A stretch of 64,000 bases of DNA from Escherichia coli phage vB_EcoM_Shy. Under the pieces are notes generated by a model. It was not told the DNA's origin. It searched no databases and saw only the letters and a list, made by a program, of their open reading frames with translations. Every line of letters begins with the position of its first letter. Within the stretch, counting starts at the first letter, position 1. Positions 63,404 to 64,000 of this stretch are shown piece after piece. Made by a program: the position numbers and the translations under genes. The stretch lies in sequence record MT833282.1; one strand, given 5' to 3'.

Positions 63404-63739
63404 ATGAAAATCAAAGAAATGAATATCAATATTGTCTTAGAAGAACGTTGGGAGAACATCAAGAAGCCTGAAAATGGTCATAAGTTCCTCAACAAAATCT
63501 TAGTAGCAGCTAAAGAAGAACTGACTGGCAAGGTTGCAGCAGCAATCACAATAAAGGTCTGTGTAAAAGGTCTTCCAGACAATCACCAATTTGCACTTGA
63601 CGAGTTTAAAGAAAGCTTCTACAATCCAAACAAACAGATGCTTGAAAGTAACTTTGCAGTATCTACAAGTATCGTCCATGACAGAAGCTTTATCCTTTAC
63701 AAGAATATGAGAGGTGAGTCATGCAAGCATATTGGATAG
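63404..63739 (+). CDS. hypothetical protein
   Basis: 111-aa ORF. Confidence 0.5.
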   Translation: MKIKEMNINIVLEERWENIKKPENGHKFLNKILVAAKEELTGKVAAAITIKVCVKGLPDNHQFALDEFKESFYNPNKQMLESNFAVSTSIVHDRSFILYKNMRGESCKHIG

Positions 63740-63897
63740 AAATTTTACTGTCACTTGGTAGTGTAGCAGTGTTTGTTTACCTTCTTTGCAAGTACTATGC
63801 AGAGCACAAAAAATGTGACTTCTGTAATGGAGAAGGTTATACAAGAGCAGGTTGTTGCCCTATGTGTGGCGGTTCTGGTAAAATGTTTAATAAGTAA
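63721..63897 (+). CDS. small membrane protein with DnaJ-like CxxCxGxG zinc motif pair (58 aa, below ORF-track cutoff)
   Basis: hand-translated MQAYWIEILLSLGSVAVFVYLLCKYYAEHKKCDFCNGEGYTRAGCCPMCGGSGKMFNK. Confidence 0.35.
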   Translation: MQAYWIEILLSLGSVAVFVYLLCKYYAEHKKCDFCNGEGYTRAGCCPMCGGSGKMFNK

Positions 63898-64000
63898 CTT
63901 AACAGTAAACTAAGAGGAAAGTATTATGCGCATGGTAAATGACCACGCAGAAGTGATTAAGAGTTCAACTTCTTTAGAGACGTCTCAGGCACAGATTACA

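Overview
This window reads as a contiguous piece of a large virulent tailed phage genome (about 40% GC, no integrase seen). Working only by eye from the sequence and ORF track, I see five blocks. (1) 1-2115: an early region with a small basic protein and a vWA-domain protein. (2) 2281-7361: a dense tRNA array of about 27 genes covering anticodons for all 20 amino acids, interspersed with a family of conserved non-tRNA structured elements, one of which carries a tRNA-like core in permuted order. (3) 7584-31314: a plus-strand morphogenesis module with lambda-like head genes, a P2/Mu-like contractile tail with a candidate -1 frameshift chaperone, and two paralogous His-box tail fibres. (4) 31351-42322: a minus-strand early module (thymidylate synthase, DHFR, ATP-dependent ligase, family-A DNA polymerase, many small unknown ORFs). 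(5) 42580-63897: a plus-strand replication and nucleotide-metabolism module (dNMP kinase, primase-helicase, SSB-like, exonuclease, class I and class III RNR with NrdH/NrdG) ending with a Prs-like phosphoribosyltransferase and a NAMPT-like enzyme. The most unusual signal is in two intergenic regions (about 35020-35366 and 36451-36790) flanking a two-gene cassette of unknown function: tandem pentanucleotide arrays with consensus ACCNN, organised partly as 20-bp iterons, alternate with two hairpin types whose loops are conserved while their stems covary. All tRNA coordinates and anticodons are manual calls and should be re-run with tRNAscan-SE/ARAGORN; protein calls rest on motifs I could read directly, not on database searches.
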